Below the pieces are notes generated by a model. That model was not told where the DNA came from. It searched no databases and saw only the letters and a list, made by a program, of their open reading frames with translations. A stretch of 64,000 bases of DNA from Naegleria gruberi (taxonomy: Eukaryota), in assembly GCA_000004985.1 (NCBI GenBank), contig GG738916.1; one strand, given 5' to 3'. The first letter of the stretch is position 1, and each line of letters begins with the position of its first letter. Below are positions 33,196-43,411 of the stretch, piece by piece. The position numbers and the translations under genes are program-made.

Positions 33196-35100
33196 TTATT
33201 TCTTTTTCATGTTTTCAATCTTAATTCTTCCAAAACAACATCTGAAAGTTAGGAAAAGAAGTGAAAGAGCAATTGAGCTAACGAAAATCAATGGAATATT
33301 AAGTTGAATATACCAAGAAAGTTTGGTGGAAACATCTCTCAAATGTTCATCCAAATGATCAAAAGCAACATCAATGATAATTTCACCAGCAGTCAGCACA
33401 TTATTCGAAACTATTTCAGTGACATTCTTGAATGATTCTCCAAAACTTTGAATTGTTGAAATGCTCAACTTGGCAGCATTTTGATTAATTCTCATAATTT
33501 CTCTCATTCTCTTCTTAATTTCCATTCTATCTCTCAAAACTGTTTTCATGCTCTTGACAAATGACTTTTCATCTCGATTGTAAATATCTTCAGAAATGTC
33601 AAATCCAAATCCTAAATCTTCTGAACGAACAGAGTTGGAAAATTGATCGGCAAATATTGGGAATGTCAAAATTGGAACCTGATTATCAACTGCTTCAAAT
33701 AGTGAGTGAGCTCCTGCATGTGTTACAAAAACTGAAGTAGCCGAATGTGAAAGAATTAACTCCTGATTGACCCATGTTTGGAACAGAATCTTACTAGAAA
33801 CTGATTCAGACAAATTTAACTTGGCATGTCCTTCATGAACACAAATAACTCGAATATTCTCATCAGATTTTACAATAAAATTCAAAATTGTTGTAATGTG
33901 TTCATGAGAAATTTCCAATTTAGTTCCAAAGGCCACATAAACAATTGAGAATTTTCTTTCCAATTGATCATCCAACCATGCCACCATCTCATCATCCATT
34001 AAATTATCATTCTTCTCATTGAACATTGTAAAATTAGATTCTCCCAAATTGTCGAATAATTTTGGTTTTCCAACAAGTTTGTGATCCTTCTTTGATTTTG
34101 CCTTATAACCAACAAATCGATTATTATGTGAAATTGCATAACTATAATCCAAAACTCCAGGAGCTGTAAAGTGAATGAAAGTTTTTTCTGAGGTTGTGAA
34201 TAAAATTTCATTCTTTTCTGTCATGTTGTTTGCTCGCCTGTCAGAATTCAATTCTTGAATCGATTTAATTCCCTGGAGAATAATTTGACCTTGGATGTAA
34301 ACTTCTTCATAGAGACGTGTCAGTAAATATTTGAAAATTCCTTCTTCTCTGTAAATTCTTTCAAGTTTTGCAAGACTTGTTGTGGTGAAGGGAAATCTGC
34401 CAATATATTGAGGAGTGTGGTGATTGAAAATGACAGATGGCATAATGTTTACAATGACAAAATTAAAACCTTCTCTTTGGACGTAATCAACTGCTGAATG
34501 AGCTGTCATGTCAATCACAAATAAAATATCTTCTGGACGTTCTTCCTTAATTGACCTCATTTCAGAATCTTGTTCAAACATGTTATCAATTGTTTGAATG
34601 ATAGTTGAATAGGCAACTGACAAGATATCGATACCCATGACATATCTTTTCATTTTGGAAGTTTCACTCTTTCTAAAACCATCCATTTCTTTCAATTTAG
34701 CTTTAACTTTCGAATCCTTAATATCATACATCAAAGTTGGAGTGAAATATTGCTCATGTGGGAAATATTCACTCATTGAATTATTGGCAATTTCTTCCAA
34801 CACACTCTTCCATATAAAAACTGTCAAAACTTTAACTTGGGAAATATTAAATCCTTTACATTTGGCATTTAAAATCAAACTTGTAGCTTTTGCAACATCT
34901 GACATATCTCTAACATGAGAACTATCAGGTGTAGGTATAAAAACGAATTGTTTCCTAGTACAATCTTGTTCCGTGGTTGTTCTTGCTAAATTCTTCACAT
35001 CAAATTCCTTGGCGTGAATGTGAACAAAAATTAGCACGAGCGAAAAAGCAAGAAGGGCAAGAAGCGGGAGATAAATTCCAGACTTGTGGCGATGGAACAT
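33196..35100 (-). CDS. UDP-glycosyltransferase (GT1/UGT family), type I membrane protein with signal peptide, C-terminal TM and K-rich tail
   Basis: UGT signature WVNQELILSHSATSVFVTHAGAHSLFEAVDNQVPILTFPIFADQFSN. N-terminal signal LPLLALLAFSLVLIFV. C-terminal helix plus KIENMKKK dilysine-like ER retention tail. Confidence 0.85.
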   Translation of the reverse strand: MFHRHKSGIYLPLLALLAFSLVLIFVHIHAKEFDVKNLARTTTEQDCTRKQFVFIPTPDSSHVRDMSDVAKATSLILNAKCKGFNISQVKVLTVFIWKSVLEEIANNSMSEYFPHEQYFTPTLMYDIKDSKVKAKLKEMDGFRKSETSKMKRYVMGIDILSVAYSTIIQTIDNMFEQDSEMRSIKEERPEDILFVIDMTAHSAVDYVQREGFNFVIVNIMPSVIFNHHTPQYIGRFPFTTTSLAKLERIYREEGIFKYLLTRLYEEVYIQGQIILQGIKSIQELNSDRRANNMTEKNEILFTTSEKTFIHFTAPGVLDYSYAISHNNRFVGYKAKSKKDHKLVGKPKLFDNLGESNFTMFNEKNDNLMDDEMVAWLDDQLERKFSIVYVAFGTKLEISHEHITTILNFIVKSDENIRVICVHEGHAKLNLSESVSSKILFQTWVNQELILSHSATSVFVTHAGAHSLFEAVDNQVPILTFPIFADQFSNSVRSEDLGFGFDISEDIYNRDEKSFVKSMKTVLRDRMEIKKRMREIMRINQNAAKLSISTIQSFGESFKNVTEIVSNNVLTAGEIIIDVAFDHLDEHLRDVSTKLSWYIQLNIPLIFVSSIALSLLFLTFRCCFGRIKIENMKKK

Positions 35101-35389
35101 CTTGTTGGGGATGTGATTTGTTTTTTTTCTTCAATCATTTCAATGTAAAAGTTGAAATGTGGAAAGTTAAAGTTCCAGATTAGAATAACCGTACATTGCG
35201 GCCTTAGAAAACCGCTCCAAATTAGTAAGATTCAATGATTGAACATGATTGAATGGCTTAGCACAGCATGTGTCTCCGCCAAGTTTTTAACTTGAGGAAA
35301 ACTAAGGAAGTCTTTGAATTTCAATGCTATTAAAAATAGCAGTGTTAAGAGAGAGCAGTACTTCAAAGAAAGAGATTAAAATGCTAAAA

Positions 35390-35477
35390 GGCGACTGAGG
35401 GAATTGAACCCTCGACCCTCAGTTATCTCAGCATTTCTGCCTACAAGACTGATGCACTGCCACTGTGCTAAGCCGCC
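35390..35477 (-). tRNA. tRNA-Thr (anticodon UGU) with a 17-nt intron at the canonical 37/38 position
   Basis: Reverse-complement GGCGGCTTAGCACAGTGGCAGTGCATCAGTCTTGTA[GGCAGAAATGCTGAGAT]AACTGAGGGTCGAGGGTTCAATTCCCTCAGTCGCC. Acceptor GGCGGCT/AGTCGCC. D-arm GCAC..GTGC. Anticodon stem TCAGT/ACTGA with loop CTTGTA|A. T-arm GAGGGTTCAATTCCCTC. Confidence 0.7.
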
Positions 35478-35610
35478 TTACGAAGATTTTATATACAACA
35501 TTTTATGTCGATGTTATGTTCTTTAGAAAATCTACAACCACCTTCATCAATCCACCAATAATTATTTTCAAATGTTGGTTGTAGTGGAATGACTTGTTGG
35601 ATAAAATTTA

Positions 35611-38600
35611 TTATTCATAAACCTCAGCAAATTCAGTAGCACTTCTTCCAAATATTTCAGGAGTGTACATTTCCTCTGCCTTTACACTAGGAATCACAAA
35701 TGAACCAATGGATGTTGCTCTGGCAATATATGTGAATTGATGAGTGCCTTCCCATAATAGTGAAGTAAATGCTTCGACTCTTTCATCTCTAATGTTGTGA
35801 TGTTCGTACCAGATTGGATTAATCCACCAACACCAAGAATTTGGTTTGTTGGTTTTACTTCCATTGAGAGAGGAAATCTCTGGAGTTCCTTTCAATTCTG
35901 GATTGATTGGTTCGAGACCAGCTGGTAAATAGTCAACTAAGGCAACATGATATCTACGACTGGTATTTGTCATGGTCAACTTGACACGAATCAATTCTCC
36001 AGCTTTAAATCTCCAAGTATTCTTTTCCTTATCAAATGAAACATGAGAAGAATCAGTAACATGTTCATAGGTTCTTTGAACTTCAAATCCATAATCCAAT
36101 GCATCAACAAGTAAATTCTTTGGTGCATATTCCATTCCAATTCTGTAATATAATCTTCCAGGACCTTGCTTTGAGATGGCAAGAGTCTTTTTTTCATATT
36201 CCAACAAACTCATTGGAATATTTAATTGATTTTCATCCTTGGATCTTCCCTTGAACACTTGTTCTCCACAATAATCTTCACCCAACCACATGTTGGCCAC
36301 AAAATCTGGTGTCACACCTTCGAAAACATTAAAATAGGTATTGAGAGCAAGAAGAATGAAAACGTTTTCTTGAGTATTTCCCCAACGACCCTTCTTTTTG
36401 TGAGCTAGCAATCCCTTAACAATCTTTGGAATGAGATAATTGTTAGGAGTAATATTAATAAGAGCTTCTAAACAAATTCCGTCAGTTCTTCTGTCACTAT
36501 GTAACATGACATGTTTAGTTGACAGTACATCACCATAACTTGTAATAAAGTTGGCAGTTTGTGCAGTTTCATTAACATGCTTATTCAAATGTTCAATGAT
36601 TTGATTGGCTGAGGCGGTAGCTCTATTATTATTAGATAAATACATGGCAGTGGCCAACCAAGCTAAATGTTCAAAGTTTCCATTCAATTTGTAGGTTTGG
36701 TAATGTTTTTCAGCTAAATTCTTGACCTGAGAATCACCCAACAAAGCCAAAGCATAATATGCATAAGCCTTGGTAGATTTAATAGATTCCTCAGAATAAT
36801 CAAGTTCAATACAATAATTTTCAATACTTCTCAATACTGGAATTAATTTTGAGAGGGTTCCTTCATTCACTGAATATCCTGCAATCTTGGCACGTCCAAG
36901 CATGTGGCCAACATGGCAGGTCACATATGGACTGATACGATAATTATTATTATAGGACCAGTATCCAAATCCACCATTTGGAAATTGTCTTGCTTCTAAG
37001 GCAGTAAGAGCATGTTTGATATTATTATCGATTGCTTCCTTACTAGGAATTTGTTGTGAATTGAATGCAAGAAGAATGTCTTTCAAAGAAATAATGGAAA
37101 GTAATCTGCTGGAAATTTGTTCACTGCATTCGTATGGATAATTGTACAAGTATAAGAAACTGTCAGTGAGTGAAGAAAGTGCAGTAGAGCTAGTAGAAAT
37201 CTTTAAGCCTCCAAATTGAGTGAAAACATTTGGAGGAGCCTTAACAGGTTGGAAAACAGAAGAATCTCCATCCATTTCACCATAAGTGGCAAATGCTTCA
37301 GTAGTGGCAGGTGTAAATACTCTAATTTCCTTTTCAATGGCATCAGAAAAGTTAATTCCGATTGTGGCAATCGACACACCAATTTGGAATCGTGCAATAC
37401 CAACTCTATCGGTTGACATTGGGAATCTCAATTCAGTTCTTCCTAAAGCTGGAATCCTAATCTTGAGGCCCTTCTTTGACTCATCCAACAAGTTCAAATT
37501 GGTAAAATTGATAGCTGCATTTACCTCCAAATTCAATTGAGTTTGATTTTGTAAAACACATGTAAATTCTACTCTATCACCAAAGTTCAAGAATCGAGGA
37601 AGAGATGGCCTAATTGACAATGGAAGTTGAGCTATCATGGAAGATTCATGAATTCCAAAATTCCAATCACCCTTAACAGCAACTGCTGTGATTCTATATT
37701 TTGTAAGATTGTCAGGTATCTTGAATTTTACACTTGTGAATCCTTCTGCATTTGTCTTACTAGATGGACTAAAGATTGCCAATGGATTGAAATTTGATCT
37801 CACTGCAATCATTGGTTGTTCAGGTACTGGCATACCAGCAAATGCTGCACTACCAAACGCAAAGCCACCATACGATTGGACTGAAGGAGAAAATGGATCA
37901 GATGCTGGCATTTGTTGCATTTGCATTTGCATCGGATAACTATGATGATTATGAGAAAATGAAAAACCTGAGTTAGTAAGAGAAGTTCCAAACAGGGAAT
38001 TGGTGGTGGTATAAGTTTGCTCCTCTTGGAATATTATTCCCTGATAGCTCTTTACAAATACATTATTTCTGAGAGAGTAAGGTTGATAAGTAGTGTTGTA
38101 TGGTGTAACAAAGGTATCTAGTGGATTACTGATGGAGTAGTTGGTGAGAGAGAGTACAGCTTCGTCCACAGCAATGATACACACTTCACATCCTTCTTGT
38201 GGAGCTCCAGTCATTGGATCCTTAACTAGTACACTGATACTGGTTTCACTTCCAGGTGTCAAATATTCTCTTTCAGGTTTAGATTCCACAGATAAGCTTC
38301 TTGAATTTTTTGAAACCTCAATATCACAAGAACCTGATGAAAAAGCAGGTTGCTTTGGTAAATCTAAAACAGTGCCCGTGGCATCTACTCTTGATTCAGA
38401 ACCTGAGAGTTCAACACTTACTTTAACATTTGGAATGTGATCTAGAGTAATTCCAAGCTCAAATTCTGTATAACCAAGATCAGCATCAATTTGAATTGGA
38501 TATTGACGATGAATTCCATGAAGTTGTGTAAACAGTACGCCTTCAGCTTTGGAATCAAATGGAGATTGAATCAGAATCTTGGCCTTTTCTCCAACTTGAT

Positions 38601-41511
38601 ATTCTTTCTTATCTGTAAGAAGAGTGAGTTGTTTCTTCCCTATCAAAACTTCTCTTGCAGAAAATCCAGTGATAAATAAACTTGTTGATGCTTTGTTTGT
38701 TTGTCCTGTAGCAGAATCAACAATACCAATAGAAAATGAATAGTTGCCACCTTTTTCAAATTTGACAGAATATTCAATTGGTTCATTTTCCGATATGAAA
38801 ACCTTATCAATAACTTCAACAGTTTCAGAAGCATATTTGTATCCTTTCTTGACATTCACTTGAGTAGTGACTTTCAATTGGATTGGTATTCCTGAAACCA
38901 AATTTCCGTCAATATCTGTAACAATCAAAGAGGCAGTTATAGGAACATTTTGTTTTGCAAATTCTCGACTCAACTTGATTCCACAATAATATTTGCAAGG
39001 GTGAACGAGGAAGGATGCTGATGATGTCATTGTTTGTCTATTGATATCTTGAACTGTAGATTCTACAGAAATGGTGATTGGAGCCTTCTTTACACGATTA
39101 CTCTCCTCAAATGCAATTGCAATTTGGTGTTCTCCATCACCATCTGTTGTACCTTCAAAGGTTGTAACACCAACATTTGAGTTGGCCGAGAAAAGTTGCT
39201 TTACAAAGTCGTTTCCAAAGAAATTGAGAGACGTTCCAAAAGTGTATGAGGATTGATTTGGAGGAGTGTAGCTGCTGGTAGTTTGTTTGATAGTGTATCT
39301 GCATTTGGCTCCTGAAATTCCACCTCCACTATAGTAATCTGCATTGGTTGTGCAGATGGCAGATCCACCAACAATGTAATTTCCAGGTGATACTGAAGAT
39401 TTTGATTTGAACTCTGGAGTTCTAAATTCTTGAACCTTGAATGCGTGATTTGATGAAAAATCAGAGAACATAATTGTGTGACTTCCCAAGTTGGCATTAT
39501 CTGGAACTTTGAATTGAATATTAAATGTACCATCAGAGCTTAATTGTACTTTGCCTGATTCGTATCGTTGTTGTCTGGCATCTAAAATTGTGTAAGTGGA
39601 AGAATTTGTTGGAATATCAATGCTAAAAACATTTCCTTTCAAATTAAATCTTCTTACGTAACCCTTAATAGAGACAGTCTCACCTGGCTTGTACAATCCT
39701 CTATCATTGAAAATATGGGCAGTTATTTGAGGAGTAAACGCATTTCTGGCATAATATACATCTGGAATGAAACATGTGTCATGTCCATGAGTTGCTATGG
39801 CATTCAAAGAGCAGGAACCATAACTATTTCCAGAAATATTTTTAATACAACCAATTCCAGTTTTTGCATCTGGTGAACTTGTTGTATGATTATTAAAGTG
39901 GAAGGTCACATTGTCCTTAATAATACTGCCATCAATTAAGGAATTTACCCAATAGTAGGCAATTGAAGAGTTATTATCAATAACGCAATCAACTGCAATC
40001 TTCGTTGTTTGAATCCATGAAACATAACCAGGTCGAGTGTTCCATGAAGCTTTCCAGCTATTCATTTCAGCTTCAACAACCACCAACAATTGGCCAATGC
40101 TCTCAGATGGATACTGAAGATATTCTTGAAGATTAATTTCAGTTTCGACTGGTTCGTCAACTTCTCCCTTTGTTGATATGATTCCATCATAAACTAGAGT
40201 GCCAGGATATTTAATGGTAGCGTCTGTTTGGAATCTGAGTACTGAATGATTGAACATCGTGGATGGATTGACCTGGTAAACCCTGCAACGTACAGCATCC
40301 AAATTTACAGTTACAATAGGATAAGATGGACTTGGATTCAATGTTGGATCCATAACAATAACACCGGTTTTGAATGCTTGGATTGATTGGCGTGCACCTT
40401 TAACTTGAAATTCTACAGTAAGGTCTTTAAGCACTTGCCCCCAAACATCGACAAGATTCTTTACGAAAACCTTGTATGTTGTTCTTCCTTTGATTTTACC
40501 TGAGATGCTAATACTATTTCCAAATGGATTTAATGACATCCGTTCAATTGGTGGTGAAACAGTGAACATATTTTCTGTCAATTTTTCCAAATCAATGCCA
40601 GTTGTGAATTGCAAACTAAAAGCTTGCATTGGGAGCTCTCCTCCATACTTTTTGATAAACTCGAACGCAGGATAATTATTTACAGTGGTGATATGAGAAT
40701 GTAGTGTTGGCAATGGTCCTTCTGTTCCTGTAACTCCGCTCATGATACTCACCTTTACAGAGTTTCCAAAAAGATAATTACTAACATGGAACCACAAATG
40801 TCGTTTCTCTGGAGCATTTTTGAGTTTTCGTTTGTAAGCTTCATAAGTATGATAATCCCTCTTCTCCAAGTCGAAATCTTTGAGTGCTTTGAGGATGAAC
40901 TCCTGTACGAGAGGATTTGAACTCTTGCCGTCATGAATTAAGGTGGCTAAATTACTATTCTCATTAATTGAAATGAATTTGATAACTTCACTTGGATCAA
41001 TGTCTTGATCGAATTCTAAATAGTAAATTGGAACTTCATTCAGAGGATGAATAGTGTGATCAGAAGGAAGGGAGCTGATTAAAGATAATCTTGGAGTTTC
41101 AAAACTAAATGTCAAATCTTCTTTCAAAATTCCTCCAATTTCTGATTTGGTTCCCTTCTTAACAGTGACTGTATACTTGGTGGACATGTCAAATCTGTAT
41201 TTGGCTGCGTAAACTAGAGTTTTTGTGCCCAACCATTTGAATTGACCTCCTTTTTTTGGAAGAGGAGAAACATCCACTGGAACTGTATCCATTACTTCAT
41301 CAATACTGCTGACAGGAACCATCGGTTGAGAGAAGGTAATAGTGATCGATGGCACTGAACGATCCAACACACCTTCAGGCGAATAACGAATCACACTCAA
41401 CTCTGATCCTAAAATCTTTTCCTCCTCTTCAATCAATTCTTTTGGTTTCTCCAAATTCATTTCCGGTGGAAAGGGTACATTATTGATCTCTGCAGTAATT
41501 GGTGCTTTCAA
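35611..41511 (-). CDS. Alpha-2-macroglobulin / thioester-containing-protein family, long (1966 aa) intronless form with a CxEQ-type motif. The true N-terminus is uncertain (first in-frame ATG gives MNLEKPKEL at ~41460).
   Basis: LYLYNYPYECSEQISSRLLSIISL resembles the A2M thioester region (GCGEQ in animal forms; CSEQ here). Size and the ..NGGFGYWS.. region fit the family. No N-terminal signal peptide visible. The ORF-track start is a TTG. Confidence 0.6.
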   Translation of the reverse strand: MKAPITAEINNVPFPPEMNLEKPKELIEEEEKILGSELSVIRYSPEGVLDRSVPSITITFSQPMVPVSSIDEVMDTVPVDVSPLPKKGGQFKWLGTKTLVYAAKYRFDMSTKYTVTVKKGTKSEIGGILKEDLTFSFETPRLSLISSLPSDHTIHPLNEVPIYYLEFDQDIDPSEVIKFISINENSNLATLIHDGKSSNPLVQEFILKALKDFDLEKRDYHTYEAYKRKLKNAPEKRHLWFHVSNYLFGNSVKVSIMSGVTGTEGPLPTLHSHITTVNNYPAFEFIKKYGGELPMQAFSLQFTTGIDLEKLTENMFTVSPPIERMSLNPFGNSISISGKIKGRTTYKVFVKNLVDVWGQVLKDLTVEFQVKGARQSIQAFKTGVIVMDPTLNPSPSYPIVTVNLDAVRCRVYQVNPSTMFNHSVLRFQTDATIKYPGTLVYDGIISTKGEVDEPVETEINLQEYLQYPSESIGQLLVVVEAEMNSWKASWNTRPGYVSWIQTTKIAVDCVIDNNSSIAYYWVNSLIDGSIIKDNVTFHFNNHTTSSPDAKTGIGCIKNISGNSYGSCSLNAIATHGHDTCFIPDVYYARNAFTPQITAHIFNDRGLYKPGETVSIKGYVRRFNLKGNVFSIDIPTNSSTYTILDARQQRYESGKVQLSSDGTFNIQFKVPDNANLGSHTIMFSDFSSNHAFKVQEFRTPEFKSKSSVSPGNYIVGGSAICTTNADYYSGGGISGAKCRYTIKQTTSSYTPPNQSSYTFGTSLNFFGNDFVKQLFSANSNVGVTTFEGTTDGDGEHQIAIAFEESNRVKKAPITISVESTVQDINRQTMTSSASFLVHPCKYYCGIKLSREFAKQNVPITASLIVTDIDGNLVSGIPIQLKVTTQVNVKKGYKYASETVEVIDKVFISENEPIEYSVKFEKGGNYSFSIGIVDSATGQTNKASTSLFITGFSAREVLIGKKQLTLLTDKKEYQVGEKAKILIQSPFDSKAEGVLFTQLHGIHRQYPIQIDADLGYTEFELGITLDHIPNVKVSVELSGSESRVDATGTVLDLPKQPAFSSGSCDIEVSKNSRSLSVESKPEREYLTPGSETSISVLVKDPMTGAPQEGCEVCIIAVDEAVLSLTNYSISNPLDTFVTPYNTTYQPYSLRNNVFVKSYQGIIFQEEQTYTTTNSLFGTSLTNSGFSFSHNHHSYPMQMQMQQMPASDPFSPSVQSYGGFAFGSAAFAGMPVPEQPMIAVRSNFNPLAIFSPSSKTNAEGFTSVKFKIPDNLTKYRITAVAVKGDWNFGIHESSMIAQLPLSIRPSLPRFLNFGDRVEFTCVLQNQTQLNLEVNAAINFTNLNLLDESKKGLKIRIPALGRTELRFPMSTDRVGIARFQIGVSIATIGINFSDAIEKEIRVFTPATTEAFATYGEMDGDSSVFQPVKAPPNVFTQFGGLKISTSSTALSSLTDSFLYLYNYPYECSEQISSRLLSIISLKDILLAFNSQQIPSKEAIDNNIKHALTALEARQFPNGGFGYWSYNNNYRISPYVTCHVGHMLGRAKIAGYSVNEGTLSKLIPVLRSIENYCIELDYSEESIKSTKAYAYYALALLGDSQVKNLAEKHYQTYKLNGNFEHLAWLATAMYLSNNNRATASANQIIEHLNKHVNETAQTANFITSYGDVLSTKHVMLHSDRRTDGICLEALINITPNNYLIPKIVKGLLAHKKKGRWGNTQENVFILLALNTYFNVFEGVTPDFVANMWLGEDYCGEQVFKGRSKDENQLNIPMSLLEYEKKTLAISKQGPGRLYYRIGMEYAPKNLLVDALDYGFEVQRTYEHVTDSSHVSFDKEKNTWRFKAGELIRVKLTMTNTSRRYHVALVDYLPAGLEPINPELKGTPEISSLNGSKTNKPNSWCWWINPIWYEHHNIRDERVEAFTSLLWEGTHQFTYIARATSIGSFVIPSVKAEEMYTPEIFGRSATEFAEVYE

Positions 41512-41552
41512 CGATTTTTCTCTTTGATTAATTCATAATATAAGATATTAAA

Positions 41553-43301
41553 TTATTTAAATTGTAAATTATTATTGTAAAAGAAAACAAACCTCATGAA
41601 GAAATCCTTGCAATCATCCACTTCAGATGCAATATTCGGAAGTCTATTCAATAATTGGCTAGTTTCATTTGCTGACAAACTTTCAATATTTGATGACACA
41701 TCACCACCACCTGATGATGATCCAATATTTACTTTTTCCATCATCATGATCAATGATCGGGTTGTGTCCTCTGCAGTAGGTTCTCTAACAGTCAACTTTA
41801 AGCCATTATTTATGTTGTTCATCATGGAAGAAGCACCACCAAACAAATTAACACCACCGAAAGGAGGAGTTGTTGGAGATAGTTGTGATGGATAGCCACC
41901 ACCAAATAAAACAGAATTTACAGAGGGTAGTTGTGAAAACATTTTTTTGGTATTTTGTTTTGTGAGATGGTGAACCTTTTGAAGGTAATGGTGAACTTGA
42001 AAGTGTACGAAATAGAAGATTAACAGAACATTTTTAATATCCTCTAACAATTGTTTCAATTCCTCACTGCCATCAAATGGTTCGTCTCTGTAGCCAAGTT
42101 GCAGGTCAAAGTTGCCCATTTTCATCAAGCCATGAAACCAACTGTTTGTGAAAAAGTACAATCTTGGAATAGAATATAAAATATTGAGATAGGTTTGGTG
42201 TCGTGTGAATGTAGTTTCGTCTGGAATGGTAACATTTATACCATTCTTTTCCCAAATTGGGACGATAATTTCTATTACTTTGGATCTGACTTGTTTATCA
42301 TCAAATGATGTTTCCATATCTGAAACGGGCATGTCCTTGTTCAGCATTTCTAAAAGACAGGCCCAATGAGCTAGAGTTTCACACTCCTTTACAACTGAAG
42401 TGAATCTGCTTTGTGGCCAATCAAGAACGGCAGATACCTTTGCTGTATCTAAGGATGCATTGCTTTTGATCATTATATTCGATGCATTCAAATCACAATG
42501 ACAAAATTGATAGACATTAGGATCTTCCACTCCATCATCTGTATGCAACAGTTTGGATTTCAAATCAAGAAGAGGTTCTGAATGAAGAGAAACAAAATCA
42601 AGATAATGAGGATAATGAACTTGTTCTCCAGTATTCGAAATTTGATTCAGAGTGAAATCTATTTGCTCAATGACCATTTCTTTCAAATTCTTGAAAGGTC
42701 CCAATGGAGCACAATCACCAACAATTACTCCAAGAGAACTCTTTTCACTTCCCAACAAGGATCCAACTTGATAATCATCCTTCTTATTCTCGGAATTTGT
42801 GTGTAATTTTCCAACAATAACGATCAACTCCTCAAGAAGCTGAACTTTCTGTTTGATTGAGAGAAATCTCCAAGAGTTTGCCAAAGTTTGTCCTTTTGCC
42901 CTCTCTTGCAAAATATATTCGCAACCAAGAGGGGACTCTTCAGCATTATCTGAATAGGAAACAATTTTAGGTGTTGGTATTCCAGCTTTCTCAGCAAATA
43001 GAATGCATTTGACTTCATTCCGAACAGAAATTCCTTTCCAGAAAGTGTGACAATTGGAAATTCGCAAAACCAGTTCAACACCTTCGAGAGTTCCCTCTCT
43101 AACAGCTCGGATCATGAATATTGAATTGATGACTCCTCCAGATTCTTCAAACTTATAAAATTCTTTGAAAATCAAATGGTGTTGTTGTAAGAGAAGAGGA
43201 AGAGTATGTGTGAAATTCTCCAACAAATTATTCATTATTTGATGGTATTTAGTTTCTTGTTCAGAGAAGGTGGGATGGTGGAGAGTAATGCGAGATGACA
43301 T
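41553..43301 (-). CDS. Protein-kinase-like phosphotransferase (APH / choline-ethanolamine-kinase / CHK-like fold) with a low-complexity C-terminal tail
   Basis: Catalytic-loop-like FCHCDLNASNIMI (HxDxxxxN Brenner motif). Ends 41 bp before the A2M-like ORF on the same strand. Confidence 0.5.
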   Translation of the reverse strand: MSSRITLHHPTFSEQETKYHQIMNNLLENFTHTLPLLLQQHHLIFKEFYKFEESGGVINSIFMIRAVREGTLEGVELVLRISNCHTFWKGISVRNEVKCILFAEKAGIPTPKIVSYSDNAEESPLGCEYILQERAKGQTLANSWRFLSIKQKVQLLEELIVIVGKLHTNSENKKDDYQVGSLLGSEKSSLGVIVGDCAPLGPFKNLKEMVIEQIDFTLNQISNTGEQVHYPHYLDFVSLHSEPLLDLKSKLLHTDDGVEDPNVYQFCHCDLNASNIMIKSNASLDTAKVSAVLDWPQSRFTSVVKECETLAHWACLLEMLNKDMPVSDMETSFDDKQVRSKVIEIIVPIWEKNGINVTIPDETTFTRHQTYLNILYSIPRLYFFTNSWFHGLMKMGNFDLQLGYRDEPFDGSEELKQLLEDIKNVLLIFYFVHFQVHHYLQKVHHLTKQNTKKMFSQLPSVNSVLFGGGYPSQLSPTTPPFGGVNLFGGASSMMNNINNGLKLTVREPTAEDTTRSLIMMMEKVNIGSSSGGGDVSSNIESLSANETSQLLNRLPNIASEVDDCKDFFMRFVFFYNNNLQFK

Positions 43302-43411
43302 TTTTTCTAGTGCAACTATTCAATACCCAAGTACTTTCTGGATTTGAAGGAGATTTTTGAGAATGCAAATATCTTATGCAAAGATGAATCACTTGGCATG
43401 TTGACAACAGT

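Noticed and set aside
37200-40700. Numerous 60-110-aa ORFs on both strands inside the A2M-like gene
   Set aside because: They are fully nested in a 5.9-kb coding ORF with consistent codon usage and are ordinary alternative-frame noise.
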